Assembly (NCBI GenBank): GCA_051942205.1
Contig: JAVECO010000001.1
Location: 186,001 to 250,000, forward strand
Origin: Coniocarpon cinnabarinum
Lineage: Eukaryota
Length of the DNA: 64,000 nt
Reading direction: 5' to 3'
Shown one piece after another: positions 13,301 to 24,914 of the stretch. The position numbers and the translations under genes are program-made. The notes below the pieces were generated by a model, which saw only the letters and a list, made by a program, of their open reading frames with translations, did not search any database and was not told the origin of the DNA. Every line of letters starts with the position of its first letter. Positions within the stretch are counted from its first letter, which is position 1.

Positions 13301-14019
13301 GCACTCACCCAGTGACGTTTGTCAGCTCAAGCAAGACCGGCACAATCAGGGTGTCAACATCGTCTTTTCATCCTTCATCAGTCCATAGCACTAGCGTTAG
13401 CAGCTCAAAGCCAGTCTTGACGAGCTCGACGCGGTCCAGTGTCTCCAGTACAACGACGAGCAAACGAAGTTCGTCCGCTCTGACGAGTTCCACGCATCAA
13501 GTCAGCCCAGTTTCGTCAACTCGTCGAAGCAGTACTCTGTCCACCAAAGTACCACCCACGACCCTCAAGCCGTCCCGCACGTCTTCGACTATTTCTGCCG
13601 GTGGCCCAGGAGCAGCGTCACACACTTACCGCTTGTCTGCCTGCTATGCGGCGCCCAGTCCAGGCTGTACAGCTCCACTGACGTTGCAAGAGCCACACGT
13701 TGCATCGCTGACACTGGAGAAGTGCGCCGTTATCTGCAACGGCAGCAACTACTTCGGTGTGCAGTTTGGCACTCAATGCTGGTGCGGTGCCAACATTGCG
13801 CCCCAAGCAAGCGTCGTAACCTTGGACCGGTGCTTCGACTTGCCCAGTCATTCATACAACTGTCCAGGAAACACGACGGAAATGTGCGGCGGCCGAGACG
13901 CGATGGCGGTATATGGACGTGAACAGATCATTGGGAAGTGCCCGAGCCCGACGCTGACAGTGGGCGGTGGCAGTCATACGTGCAAGAGCGTAGTAGTTGG
14001 GCCGACTGGAGCCCTATGA
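1383..14019 (+). CDS. Giant Ser/Thr-rich mucin-like protein with two WSC domains (exons 1383-10873, 10935-14019; 4,191 aa in these exons; start lies upstream)
   Basis: Acceptor CTGAC..AATAG ends at 1382, in frame with ORF 1431..10877. The 61-nt intron 10874-10934 (GTAAGT..CTAAT..GTAG) joins it in frame to ORF 11242..14019 and completes WSC1 (GCYND..CVAYC..YAGLENGFQCFCG..CNDVCSGN..WCGG..MHVY). WSC2 at ~13627-13920 (ACY..CAVIC..YFGVQFGTQCWCG..CPGN..MCGG..VY). Confidence 0.9.
12037..12606 (+). repeat. Degenerate 9-aa (27-nt) coding tandem repeat in the WSC protein
   Basis: GAPHPSSSP/GVSHSSASV/GVSPPSSAA/ATSHPSPSA/GAPQSSSSA/VVSHPSSSA/VASHPLSSA/../GASHQPSSA/GISHASSSV/GASRPLPST/../GATHAVSTA/GPAHSTLQT/GASRPVSSA. 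Confidence 0.75.
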
Positions 14020-14528
14020 TCATGCGAGTCATTGCAAGATCTCAATGTCGCCGGCATTGTAGAGGAGTGGAAGGATCGAAAGATCGGAGGATTCAAGTAT
14101 TCAAGAAGGGAATGGCATATGTAGCGTTTTGAAGCGTTCGTTTGGTATATAGCACTTAGTTGTGATTCTGAAAGGCAATCGTCCATGTTGGACATCAACG
14201 CCGTTCAGTCTTTGCAAGCCGGTGCGAAAAGTAGGAGGAATGATAAGGAGGATGTACGACCTGTTTCGCGCGCGCACGCGTATTTGGGTGAAGATCAGTC
14301 AGGCAGGGTAGAAATTGCCAGAAACTGCACGTGAATTGAGATACACTCGATCAATTCACGTTCTTCAATACTGCGATGGCGATACCGGTCTGACCTATAT
14401 GTTTACCGTCAAATGACCACTGAGCGCTCTTCGGACTCGGCTCCAATCGTTATCAGCTAAGAGCACCCACATGACATTGCGACAAAATGAAATGCCTGAT
14501 GCATACGTCGCGAAACCGAAATGCCAAT

Positions 14529-15539
14529 TTATTTCCTCATCTCCGCTGAATCTTTCTGGTGGGAGAAAGATGGCACGTGGCGTGCAAGACCAGTTGCAAA
14601 ACGTCGCCAATGCATTTTGGGTGTCTGTTGCACTTGCACTGCAACGCTCGGCGATTGCACATCCACAGTCCTTCTCTCGTGGCTTGTTTCCTTGGTACTC
14701 GCCTCTTTCGACTCACTTATGGTCTTGTCATGACTTGCTGCAACCTGTTGACGGGTAGGTGACCCTTGTGCTTGCTGATCAGGCGTCGTGCTCCTAGAAG
14801 CGTCGATCTCTGCGAAAAGCTGCAGCATCATGTCGACGCAGAGCGCAAAAACGATGTCTAAGCGGGCGCCACGTGGAAGCCTGCCCACAAACCTCCACGA
14901 GGAATCATTATTAGGAGCAACAGAAGTGTTCTCAGCGCTTGTCATCTCCTCGACTCGCTCACCGGTCCGGATGCGGATTTTAGATACAAGACCAGGCTGG
15001 TCTGACTCTGCGCGGATCAGGTGTGTCTCTAAGGTCTCGTCAAGATGTTTCCACTGTCGCGTCGTGTACATGTGTGCGTCATATTCGGGAGCAAGGTCAA
15101 GCCAGGCCTGACGTCCGGGATCTTCGTTGCTGACGATCCGGCTCCAGGCGGGCCAGGAGCCATGTTTGCGTGGGTATTGAATCACGAACAGCTCCTTTCC
15201 CCAACTGTTACGCGCATTAGGGCGTAAGTTGCGCTTGAGACAGTTGACGCCTTTTGAATGATAATCTGTGGCCAAGGGTAAATTTCTAAAGGAGCTGTCA
15301 ATCGGGACATAGTGGCCATGGAGGATGGACTCCCCATTGACCTTCAGCTCGAAGACACCTAGTCGTGCTGGCGACGCAGAAAAGGTGGCGGGGGCATACT
15401 CGTGAGTGACTCGCAGGTCTTTTAGATTAAACGACAGGCGTCCAGCTAGTTCTTGTCTTTGACGGTACCGGAGAGCATTTTTTGCCCGGTTGTCACGTGG
15501 TTTGCGCCGCATGGGAACAGTCTGCAGCCTCTGTGTCAA
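14529..15539 (-). CDS. Hypothetical protein (start uncertain; possible Tubby/LURP-one-like fold)
   Basis: 336-codon ORF of globular composition, bounded upstream by an acceptor-like CCTAG/CAG; hydrophobic helix LDIVFALCVDMMLQLF followed by a disordered tail. Confidence 0.55.
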   Translation of the reverse strand: MTQRLQTVPMRRKPRDNRAKNALRYRQRQELAGRLSFNLKDLRVTHEYAPATFSASPARLGVFELKVNGESILHGHYVPIDSSFRNLPLATDYHSKGVNCLKRNLRPNARNSWGKELFVIQYPRKHGSWPAWSRIVSNEDPGRQAWLDLAPEYDAHMYTTRQWKHLDETLETHLIRAESDQPGLVSKIRIRTGERVEEMTSAENTSVAPNNDSSWRFVGRLPRGARLDIVFALCVDMMLQLFAEIDASRSTTPDQQAQGSPTRQQVAASHDKTISESKEASTKETSHERRTVDVQSPSVAVQVQQTPKMHWRRFATGLARHVPSFSHQKDSAEMRK

Positions 15540-16974
15540 GCACGGTGCTGAAAGGGTCCGGAGATATAGTCGACGCTGCTAGGAGCACAGGGTTTGACCA
15601 CAGACATTGAGCTGTATATTTTCGTGTACGTGGTAAGTTTTGATACATGCCCGCCATAAAGAGTAAGTTTATTATATCAATGTTCGCGTTGTGTGAGACA
15701 TGTTCCGACCTTTGATAATTGACTTGACTCATCGTGGCAATTTCTTAGATCTGAAACGCCCCACACAAGACTATGACGACTTCTTCAACCTGTAAATATC
15801 AGCAATGGCGTCGAAAGCACTGGTAACAAGTAAGCAGTCCAGCCAAAGCGCAATCGCGCCTGCATCTAGAGTCAAGAGAGACTGGGCCGCAGCACTGTGA
15901 TGATCGAAGCGCTGATGTCTATCTCAATCATGGCATGCCCCTACCCTGAACCAGATATCTTGCGCATTTCCGCGTTATACGAAACATTAACTCAGTGCAC
16001 AATTCGAAAACAGAGCCACAGGCGGAAAGTGTGCAGCGAAATCAACAGTCAACGCTGCAACGCCTTCCGTACTGGGTCTCTTACGCGTCTCAAGCCTGAA
16101 AAGCACAGCTTACTCGCGAACCTCGCCCACGTCTTGGGAATCTAGGTTTTGTCCGGCCATGCCCGTGTGCGGGCATCCAGCGTACTGCCGCGAGAGCGAC
16201 CATAACGTCCACTGTGGTTGACACAATGATTAGAGCAACGGGTCTGCGTATTCCTTAGCATCAATTGTAGTTGTCAAGCATCCATGCCAAGGGCTGGTTA
16301 CAGCACTGTCGCGTTGTAGGCGAAAGCGCTTGTATGGTCGTTGTGACTCTGCTTTCGTGGCAAAGTGGCTACCAAGCAAAGGACTCGAGCAAATCTAGGA
16401 ACGCATCTACAGCCGAGTATCAGACGATGCACCAAGGTATACTATTGCTCATCACACAGCTTGGGTTCAAACGGCTTACATAATACACCATTAGTTGCAC
16501 CAAGTCGGCCTGCCGCGCTGACTGCCGACGACACTGAACCCGCCACCAAAAGAGCCGACTCAAGCGTCACACTTCCCAAAGCTCTGATGCCCCGACCACA
16601 GCGGCGCCGAGTCTGGTCGCTACCAATCGCTCCTCCGGGCGTCCTGCCGCGCCTAAACGAGCCAAAGAGGAAGCTGTCAACTGCTGCAAGATCCAAACCC
16701 CACACTTGGGCCAATGGCGTCCATTGGCTTTTCCCCGCTGTCGCTTCTCGCTACTCCACAATCATGCTGGCTCCGGACCTGCACTCGCTGTAACGCCATT
16801 GCGTCGAGCGATCACTGATCAGCGGAAAAAGCCCGGATTGGCTGGCTGGCTGGCTGTCTGTTCAGTGACGCTGTGATACGATGGCGAACTACTTGTGGCT
16901 TTCTTCATTTTGCTTTTGCTATTGCATAGTTCGGCTACCATTGTGTCTTGTTTGACTGTTCAGTGGACGTGGCA

Positions 16975-18664
16975 ATGGCATACGAACACGATGTCAAGGT
17001 CCAAAACCTCGACCACAAAGGCACCGCTGCCGAATCTGACAGTCTCGACGGCAAGAAACACTCGGTGACCTATAACGAGCATGGCGATCCCATGCGCGCT
17101 CGCAGTGCGCAACTGGCACCACATGCGAGCCTGGCACAGGCGCCGCCTCTCGTGCAAGCGATGAGTCCAGAAGAGAGACAAGAGCTGGAAGCAAAGCTCC
17201 TGCGCAAAATCGATTGGCGACTACTTCCCACAATCATCATAATGTAAGGTCCTCCTCTTATCCTCTCGCCCTCTATCTAGTCCGCTGGCGAGTCAATATC
17301 GAACTGTAATTGACACAAGGGTATACAGGTACATCATGAACTACCTCGACCGCAACAACATCGCCAGCGCCCGATTAGCCGGAAAAAAGGGCCTCCAAGA
17401 CGGCCTCAACATGACAGACACGCAGTACGAAACCACAGTCTCCATCCTCTTCGTCGGCTACATCCTCATGCAAGTCCCCTCGAACCTCTTCCTGAACAAG
17501 ATCGGCCGACCAGGAATCTACCTCCCCGCCGTCATGGTCGTCTGGGGCTGCATCTCCGGCGCCACAGCAGGCTGTCAGTCCTTCGGCGGACTGCTCGCGG
17601 ATCGCTTCTTCCTCGGTTTCGTGGAGGCCGCGTACTTCCCCGGATGTCTCTTCTTCCTGTCGTCGTGGTATACCCGTAAGGAACTGGCGTTTCGCACGGC
17701 GATGCTGTATTCAGGCTCGTTGTTATCCGGGGCGTTCTCAGGACTGATAGCGGCGGGGATCACGAGCGGGATGGATGGTGCAAGAGGTTTGGACGCATGG
17801 CGCTGGCTTTTCATCATCGAAGGCGCAATCACCGTCGTGCTAGCCTCCGCCGCCTTCTTTATTCTCCCCAACTTTCCACGGACAACAACATGGCTGTCAG
17901 AACAGGAACGCCAACTCGCCGTCTGGCGTTTACAAGAAGACATCGGAACCGACGACTGGATCAACAGCCAAGAACAAAGTTTCTTCCACGGCTTCAGAGT
18001 CGCCTTCCAAGACCTAAAAGTCTGGCTCCTGATGGTTATTTTGACCGGTCTGGTGAGCTCAGGCGGTGTGACCAATTTCTTCCCCACCGTTGTGAAAACC
18101 CTAGGATACGGGAACATCAATACACTCCTCCTCACGGTGCCGCCGTATGTCCTCGCGGTCATCACGACGTATGCCAATGCGTGGCATGCGGATCGCACGG
18201 GGGAGCGGTATTTCCACGTGACGGGGCCGGCGTGGGTGACCGTCGCGGCGTACATCCTGGCCGCCAGCACCACGAATCTGGCGGCGCGGTATGTCTCTAT
18301 GATGTTGATGCCGAGCACCGTCTACGCGGGCTACGTCGTCGCTTTGGCGTGGATCTCGAATTGCGTCCCGCGCCCGCCGGCGAAGCGTGCTGCGGCGCTC
18401 GCCACCATCAATGCGGTGAGCAATGCCACGAGTATCTACGTCAGTTATATGTATGAGAGCAACTATGCTCCAAGATATGTCATTGCTATGAGTGTGAATT
18501 GCGGGACCGCGGTTATGAGTATTGCGGCGGCAACGCTTTTGCGGCTGTTGCTTGTGAGGCTGAATAAGAAGATGGATCAGGGAGAGCATGTGGAGGGGAC
18601 GGAGGTGGGTGCTGGGCATGGGAATGAGATGGCGGAGGAGAAGGGATTTAGGTATTTGTTGTAG
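16975..18664 (+). CDS. MFS transporter, anion:cation symporter (Tna1/Dal5-like) family; intron 17244-17328
   Basis: LLRKIDWRLLP..IMYIMNYLDRNNIASARL, QVPSNL, RFFLGFVEAAYFPG..LSSWY, AWRWLFIIEG, about 12 hydrophobic segments, C-terminal FRYLL. Confidence 0.93.
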
Positions 18665-19450
18665 GACGCTCGCCGATAGATGGGCAATGAAACATGTGTG
18701 CTTGTGGCTGTGAATTTGGTAATGGTCATTGAGTGTGCTGCATAGACACTTGACCTCGCGCGACCACCGCATATACACCTTCTAGCTCATCTTCTGAGTT
18801 CCTTGGACGCTTGCTGCGTGCTGTAGAAGCGTTCTTGTGCTTAAATATAGCCACGCCACACAACAGCCAATTCCCTTCCACCAATATTACTATTAAATAA
18901 ATATAATATAAAATCTCTACCTTTTTTCTAGTATTATAAATTAGAAATGCTACTTAGATACACTATCCTGTAGCCTTGCTGACTACAGCGCCTCTACCAT
19001 CTATCCTTCATGCAATTCCCACACCAAAGCAGCCAAAATCATGACCATGCTCCGAAAGAAACCCGCCTTGATCTAGTGTCTTGTCAGTTCGGCATACATG
19101 ATATTTCCACTGCTGTCAATCTCGACACAACCAGAGAGAGAGATCGATCGCGAGTGTCACGGAGTCTAGAGAAGAGTATCCATGCCAAAGGTGAGTTGAC
19201 ATGAATAAAGAGGGTTGAAGAAGCACATAGTAAAAGATACACACCGTGAAAAAGTCGCACTGGAGTGGCAATCTACTACTCAGCTTCAATAAAAAAACGA
19301 GGATTGCTTGCGTGAGCCAATGCCTCAATCGATGATGCATTCAAGTATAATGATACAACATTCATGAAAAGCGCCACCCAATGCAATGCGTTTTTGTTGT
19401 CCGCCATGCGATCCGCGCCCTGCACGTCACCCTCTTCTCCACCCCATAAA

Positions 19451-21314
19451 CTAATCATCAAACTCCATCCCCCGATAGAGTTCGTTATTGAAATCCCTCG
19501 GACAGGCCTGGTTCCAGCCGACGAACCACCCTTCATCACTCCACGCCCCGATGCCCGCGTTTTCTACCTTCGTCAATTGACCCACGTCCTTCGGTCCTCT
19601 TTGCCACACTTCGGTTGTTCCCTGCTTGTCGAGCTTGACGAGCTCGAGCAATGTCGAGCCCCACCGCTGCCACCACAGCTTCTCCCAGTCGCGTTCTCGC
19701 AGATTGCGATCACCGTTGTGATGCAGCACCGCCGGGGTGCTGCCAAGACAAAGGTTCGTGTATAGTCTCACTTCCTCCCATGTGGTGTTGCTAGGGGCGT
19801 CTTGTGGACTTTGGCCCCCGTCGCCGGTGACGATCACTTCAGGGGCCGCCGCGTAAGGGATTTTGCTGTGCATGATATCTTGTGGAAGCTTGGAGCGCAA
19901 GCGTGGCTTGCAGTCAAAGCGAGTACGATCGCCCCATGCCTCTTTGATCTGTTGCTCGATCGTCTTCGGGTCCTCCTTCCGCATGGGCTTGCCCCATTCT
20001 TGCTGATGCGCAAGCTCAGTGGGAACCTCGCCAAGGGTGTCCGTATGGTTATTCGTGTAGACGATGTATGCATGATCACGCTCCGCGTTGTGCGTTTGTG
20101 TGTACAGATCACCGCCATAGTCGAGGCCGATGTAGAACTCGAACTCCTTCATGGCTTCTGCTTTGTTCTTGGAATATGCAGGTGGCATGTCTTCGTGCAC
20201 AAAGTCCGGCTCGAGCACGTCTTTGATGACGGCACCCTCAACCATCTGCCGCTCGCCCGGATTTCCAGAGGGAATGCCAAATGTGCGGCGCATGAAGGCG
20301 AAGGAACCTGTGTAGTTGCGGCGGATTGACTCTCGCATCCATTCTTGCTCACCGAAGATGCGTGCAAAGATGGAGGCGTCATCGCCGTGGTAAATAAAGT
20401 CGGAAGACCCGGAGCCGTTGTCGAGATCACGATCAAAGTCGGGCAGGACGTCAACTTTCCACTGGGCTTTGCGGAGAACGTTCTTGAGGTCCGCTACGGG
20501 ACCCATTATGAAGCCAGAGGCGAGGTACTTGGGACGCTTGGAGCTATGCTGAGTGAGACCCATGACTGTGTCGGTGTTGCCGCCAAACATGTCTCGAGGA
20601 GTATAGGGCTCTGGCACCGGATAGCACCCGAGGGTATGAGCTTGATTGGAGCATTCTTTGGCTGCTCCAAAGATGACGGTCTGCTTCATGGCACCAGCTT
20701 TCATGGCGCTGCGACCGTACTTCTGTCGTAATCGTCTGTTGGCCATACTGTTGAGATGATGGTACCTTGAAATCAGGACCTCTGATCTCAGCTGGAACCA
20801 GGTGTCATACGCATCGACCAACAAAACCAAATCGTTGTCTCGGTCCGGTGGTAGCTGTTCTAAGTATTCTAGCGATCGCGTGATTTTTGAAAGAATGTGT
20901 GCCCCCTCATCGATCGAGTAACTCCGCTCCGCTCGGTCTCCCCATCCTAACAAGGTCGGGGTCGGGTATCCCAGGATGTGCAATCCAACAAGCGTTTTGC
21001 AGAGGTTGACGTCTTGCAAGGTCGCGGGTAAAAGAACGTGCATGGTCGTAGCATTGAGCTGCTGTTTCGTAATGGCGCCATATGAATCCTGTAGATCGGT
21101 GGGAAATGACTCTCTCTGTACGCCGTTAGGTGTGCCTCACGAGGAGGCGGGCCAAGGGGAGGCTCACAATGGAGTTTGAAAGGAGATAAAGCACAAATAG
21201 GACGAGGCCGACGAGGCCCACTGCGCGGGTGACGCGAACATTGCGGACGACGCTGGTTCCGGGACTAGAGGAACGAGGAAGAAATGCAGGATATGCTTGG
21301 GATTTGGACGACAT
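19451..21314 (-). CDS. Type II membrane protein with a PLOD/LH3-like glycosyltransferase domain; intron 21167-21116
   Basis: Exon 1 encodes a single TM anchor (AVGLVGLVLFVLYLL). A 52-nt GTGAGC..CTAAC..ACAG intron joins it in frame to the 530-aa ORF with DLVLLVDAYD, VIFGAAKEC, YLASGFIMG, GDDASIF, GLDY and PAVLHHNG. Confidence 0.8.
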
Positions 21315-22177
21315 GCTGGTAGAGCTGGTGGATGGAACGGGTGCTATAAAGATCCTTCAGCCATCCTCATGAAAGAGATGGATGGTTGAGGGTGTCAGGC
21401 CGCGAGGGAGATCATGCGAGGAAGGAGCGACAGCAGTCGAAGAGGAGGTTTTGTCGCCGTCGTCTCCGTCGTCGTCGTCGTTGAGCGGTGAATGACGAGC
21501 TGGGCAGGGCAACGCCGGGCGGGATAGGGCAAGTCGCGTAAGGTGAGTGCTGCTTTCCGATGGGGCGTTCCGAGGCGGCGCGCTAGCGGAGCGCTAACCT
21601 GGAATCCAGTCCTCAATGTTTTTGCATCTCGACCGCCGACGTGGTGGACAGCGGGGCAGGAAGAGCGTGCAATGAGCGGAAGATGTCACGACACTGCCAG
21701 AGGGACAATGGACAAGCAAGAGACAGAAGTGCAGGATCTGGCGTGCACACAGGGAACAAGGGATTGATGTCGAACGTGCAACACGCCGGGGCGCTGGCTT
21801 GTTTCATCTATGTCAGGTGACTGGGGTCTCTCTTTCAGCTTCCATTTCCACTTCCTATCCGACTCTGCCTTGCCGTCCATCCTTCTGCACATCATCCGCA
21901 TCCTGGAAGATCCTCCTTCCTACAGTGCACGCTAACCCCTCCTTCGCGCTGTTTACCTGACTCGACACCCTCTCGAACATATCGAGCAAGTAAATAATCA
22001 CTGAAATAGCCGCCAGCAAGGATACTGTACTCCAGCATCCAACAAGCTACACCACATTCCCGTTCGAACGGCCTCTCGTCCGCTCAGCCTTCATACCACT
22101 CCCTCACGCTTTGAATTGAGCAGGCTGATCAGGCTGATCTTCGTGTTTGGACTGCTCAATAGCTGCATCGAGCTTGC

Positions 22178-22855
22178 TCACACTGAAATGTCTTCTCTCC
22201 TGAGTCGCGTCAGATCCTAATGCACTCGGGCCCTGCAAGAGCATTGCTCACCAAAGCTCTGGCTTCTCTCTTAGGAAGGCCGCCATCAGCTCCTTACATT
22301 CGTCGTTGTCAAGAACAATGACCTCTACTCCTCGATCTTTGAGCAACTGTTCTCCACCTAGGAAGTTGCTGTTCTCGCCAATCACCACTCGTCTGACCTT
22401 GAAAAGCAGACACGCTCCTGTGCCTGTCACAATGGCGCCATTAGCATTTCAGCGAGGCTGCCTAGCGCTTCTAGCGTTTCTGCTCAAGGGCCCGCATACA
22501 CATTTCGCATGGTGAGAGGGTGGTGTACATTGTTGCTCCAGCATACCGTGCAGACGGCCTCCGCCCTGCATTTTCAAGCGCTGAGATCTCGGCCTGCCCG
22601 AATCTTTAGCTTTGAAGTGCACATGCAAGATGACTAGCGAGTGGTCGCGCAGGGTGTGGATGCTGACACGAGGAAAGCCAGTCAGCTCCTACTCACATGA
22701 GAGGTATTGCTGTTCTTTTGAAACCTCATGTTATGGCCCCGGCCTAGCACATGGCCACCGGCGTCAACCACTGCCGCTCCGATAGGAACGCCACCTTGCT
22801 GAGCGCCTGTCCGTGCTTCTTCCAAGGCTATCTGAAAGCCATGATCTGCCTCCAT
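22178..22855 (-). CDS. FCY1: Cytosine deaminase (4 exons)
   Basis: Spliced reading MEADHGFQIALEEARTGAQQGGVPIGAAVV..GRGHNMRFQ..H|AEISALENAGR..MYTTLSPCEM|CTGACLLFKVRRVVIGEN..KPELW|REDISV*; HAE and PCxxC zinc motifs. Confidence 0.93.
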
Positions 22856-23107
22856 GTCCGCACGTGCTTTGCGTATGTACTGAACAGTTGCTTAGTCGCT
22901 ACCTAATTTTGACGTGCATGTGATTGGCTAGTGACTCTGACGTAGTGGCAGCTACAGACTTCTAGTGGGGCATCTCGTGTTTTGCTAGCTACTTTCCTCT
23001 CCACCAAACCTTCAATCTGTAACACGCCGCTTGCGTTATCCCTATGCGTGCTGAAGTGCGCAATATACCTAGAGCTTCCTCAAGTGCTTTGATAAACAGT
23101 GCTGATC

Positions 23108-23890
23108 ATGTCATCCTCACAACCACCATCCAGCACCTCAGAGGGCGGGGACCATCTCATCACATCCGATGATCCCCATCACCCAGCTAATCACATTCCG
23201 TCGCTCTGCGCCCATTTCTACACTCTTGGATGGGTGACAGGCACCGGCGGAGGGACTTCGATTCGACGGGATGACAAAGTCTACCTCGCACCGACAGGCG
23301 TGCAAAAAGAACTCATCAAGCCGCAGGACATTTTCGTGTTGCCTGCCGACTGCATCAAGTACAACCTCGCGAAGAAGGACCGGATTAGCCACCATGATAT
23401 GCCCTATCTCCGCCAACCCAAGGCTCTGCGGGCCTCGGCCTGTACGCCACTCTTTTTAACCTCCTTTCGGCTGCGGGACGCCATGTGCTGTATTCACACC
23501 CACTCTCAATGGGCTGTCTTGGCAACCTTGGTCGTTGATCGGGACACTCCAGGCAAGGGCTTCTTTGAGATTGAGAGGCTGGAGCAAATTAAAGGCATTC
23601 CCAAGGGACCGAAGAAACCGGGCAATTTAGGTTACCTGGATCGTCTGAAGGTGCCCATCATTCCCAACACGCCCAAAGAAGAGGACTTGACGGAGAGTCT
23701 TGAGAGGGCAATCCTGGAGTGGCCGGACACGTATGCGGTCCTCGTAGAGAGACACGGGATCTATGTATGGGGTGACACCGTGGCTCAAGCAAAGACGATC
23801 TGTGAAAGCTTGGATTACATTTTCCAGCTGGCGGTCAATATGAGTACTCATCGTATTCCCTGGACATTGCAGAGCACCAACAGCGGCTAG
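23108..23890 (+). CDS. MDE1: Methylthioribulose-1-phosphate dehydratase (methionine salvage, class II aldolase fold)
   Basis: [71 protein letters not shown]. Confidence 0.95.
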   Translation: MSSSQPPSSTSEGGDHLITSDDPHHPANHIPSLCAHFYTLGWVTGTGGGTSIRRDDKVYLAPTGVQKELIKPQDIFVLPADCIKYNLAKKDRISHHDMPYLRQPKALRASACTPLFLTSFRLRDAMCCIHTHSQWAVLATLVVDRDTPGKGFFEIERLEQIKGIPKGPKKPGNLGYLDRLKVPIIPNTPKEEDLTESLERAILEWPDTYAVLVERHGIYVWGDTVAQAKTICESLDYIFQLAVNMSTHRIPWTLQSTNSG

Positions 23891-23964
23891 CAATGGTACT
23901 GAAAAAAGTTCGCACGGTGTTACTTTCAGAAAGAGTCCACTGCCTAAGGCGGGTAGGCATATTC

Positions 23965-24914
23965 TTAGCCGCCCTCTAGGGCTTTCTTGGCAGTATCCGC
24001 AATTCTCCTGACCTCTGCGTTCCCAGCGGCAACAATCTTCTCCATTTCGTCACCCGCTTTTTTAACATCGTCCGGCCGAGCTGACCTGGCCTTTTCCATT
24101 GCTCGCAGGACCTTCTGGTGAGCCCCGCGAGCGTTGCGCACGGCATCGTTGGCGCCATCCGCTAGCTTCTGAGCGGCAAGTACCGCTCGCTGACGCGCCT
24201 CAGTGGTAGGAGGCGGAAGATTCATGTTTAGTTGCAAGGAATTTTGCGCATCACTCTGGGGTGCAAGACCCAATTCCGAAGACAGTATGGCGGATGAAAT
24301 GGGCTTCATATGCTGACGCCGCCAGATTAGGGCCGAGTTGTGGAAATAGGTGGGTGACTGAGTCGTCGCTTACCTCTTTCTCACTAGCGATGACCTGCAA
24401 GGTCCTCCCACGAGGCACGACCTGCGCAATCTGGGACAGCCGCTCGATAGTCGCGCCTTTGTCGAGTTTGACTCGGAGGCTTTCGACGACCTCGGGATTC
24501 AGCTTTCCTCCACCGCGCAGCTTGGACAAGTCCTCCCGCAGTCTCGACTGGGCATTGGCAATCCCTTGGCGCAGCGTGCGGAAGTCCTGCGGGTCCGTGG
24601 GCGGCGTGTTGCCTGGAGATTCTGTTGGAGCGTTTCTAGCCGCCGACGCCGACTTCTTCAGAGGAAACGGAGATGCGGACAATTTCCTGGACGGAGCGGC
24701 CACAGTCGCCGCCGAAAGGGCAACGAATGCCGCGCTTGGCTGCGCTGCCCAGGGGCTTCTAGAAAGGCATGTCAGACGACTGTAGGGCGTGAAACAGTAG
24801 CAGCCTCCTGGACGAGTCGTACAGGGATGCGGGTGGCTGCCCTCGCCCGAGCAATCTCGAGGATCCGGGTGAAAGCTGGCGGCAGCTGGCACAGACAACC
24901 AGACGGCGCGTCAT
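23965..24914 (-). CDS. RRF1: Mitochondrial ribosome recycling factor (3 exons)
   Basis: Arg-rich targeting-like start MTRRLVVCASCRQLS; intron GTACGA..CTGAC..CTAG; LSKLRGGGKLNPEVVESLRV..LSQIAQVVPRGRTL; intron GTAAGC..TCAG; ISSAILSSELGLAPQ..LPPPTTEARQ..VRNARG. Confidence 0.85.

Noticed and set aside
15897..16793. Short ORFs upstream of the MFS gene
   Set aside because: No recognisable motifs or splice structure; likely promoter or UTR sequence.
18880..18975. Short AT/TpA-rich island, considered as a RIP-mutated transposon relic
   Set aside because: Under 100 nt, no terminal repeats or coding remnant; fits a termination region between convergent genes.
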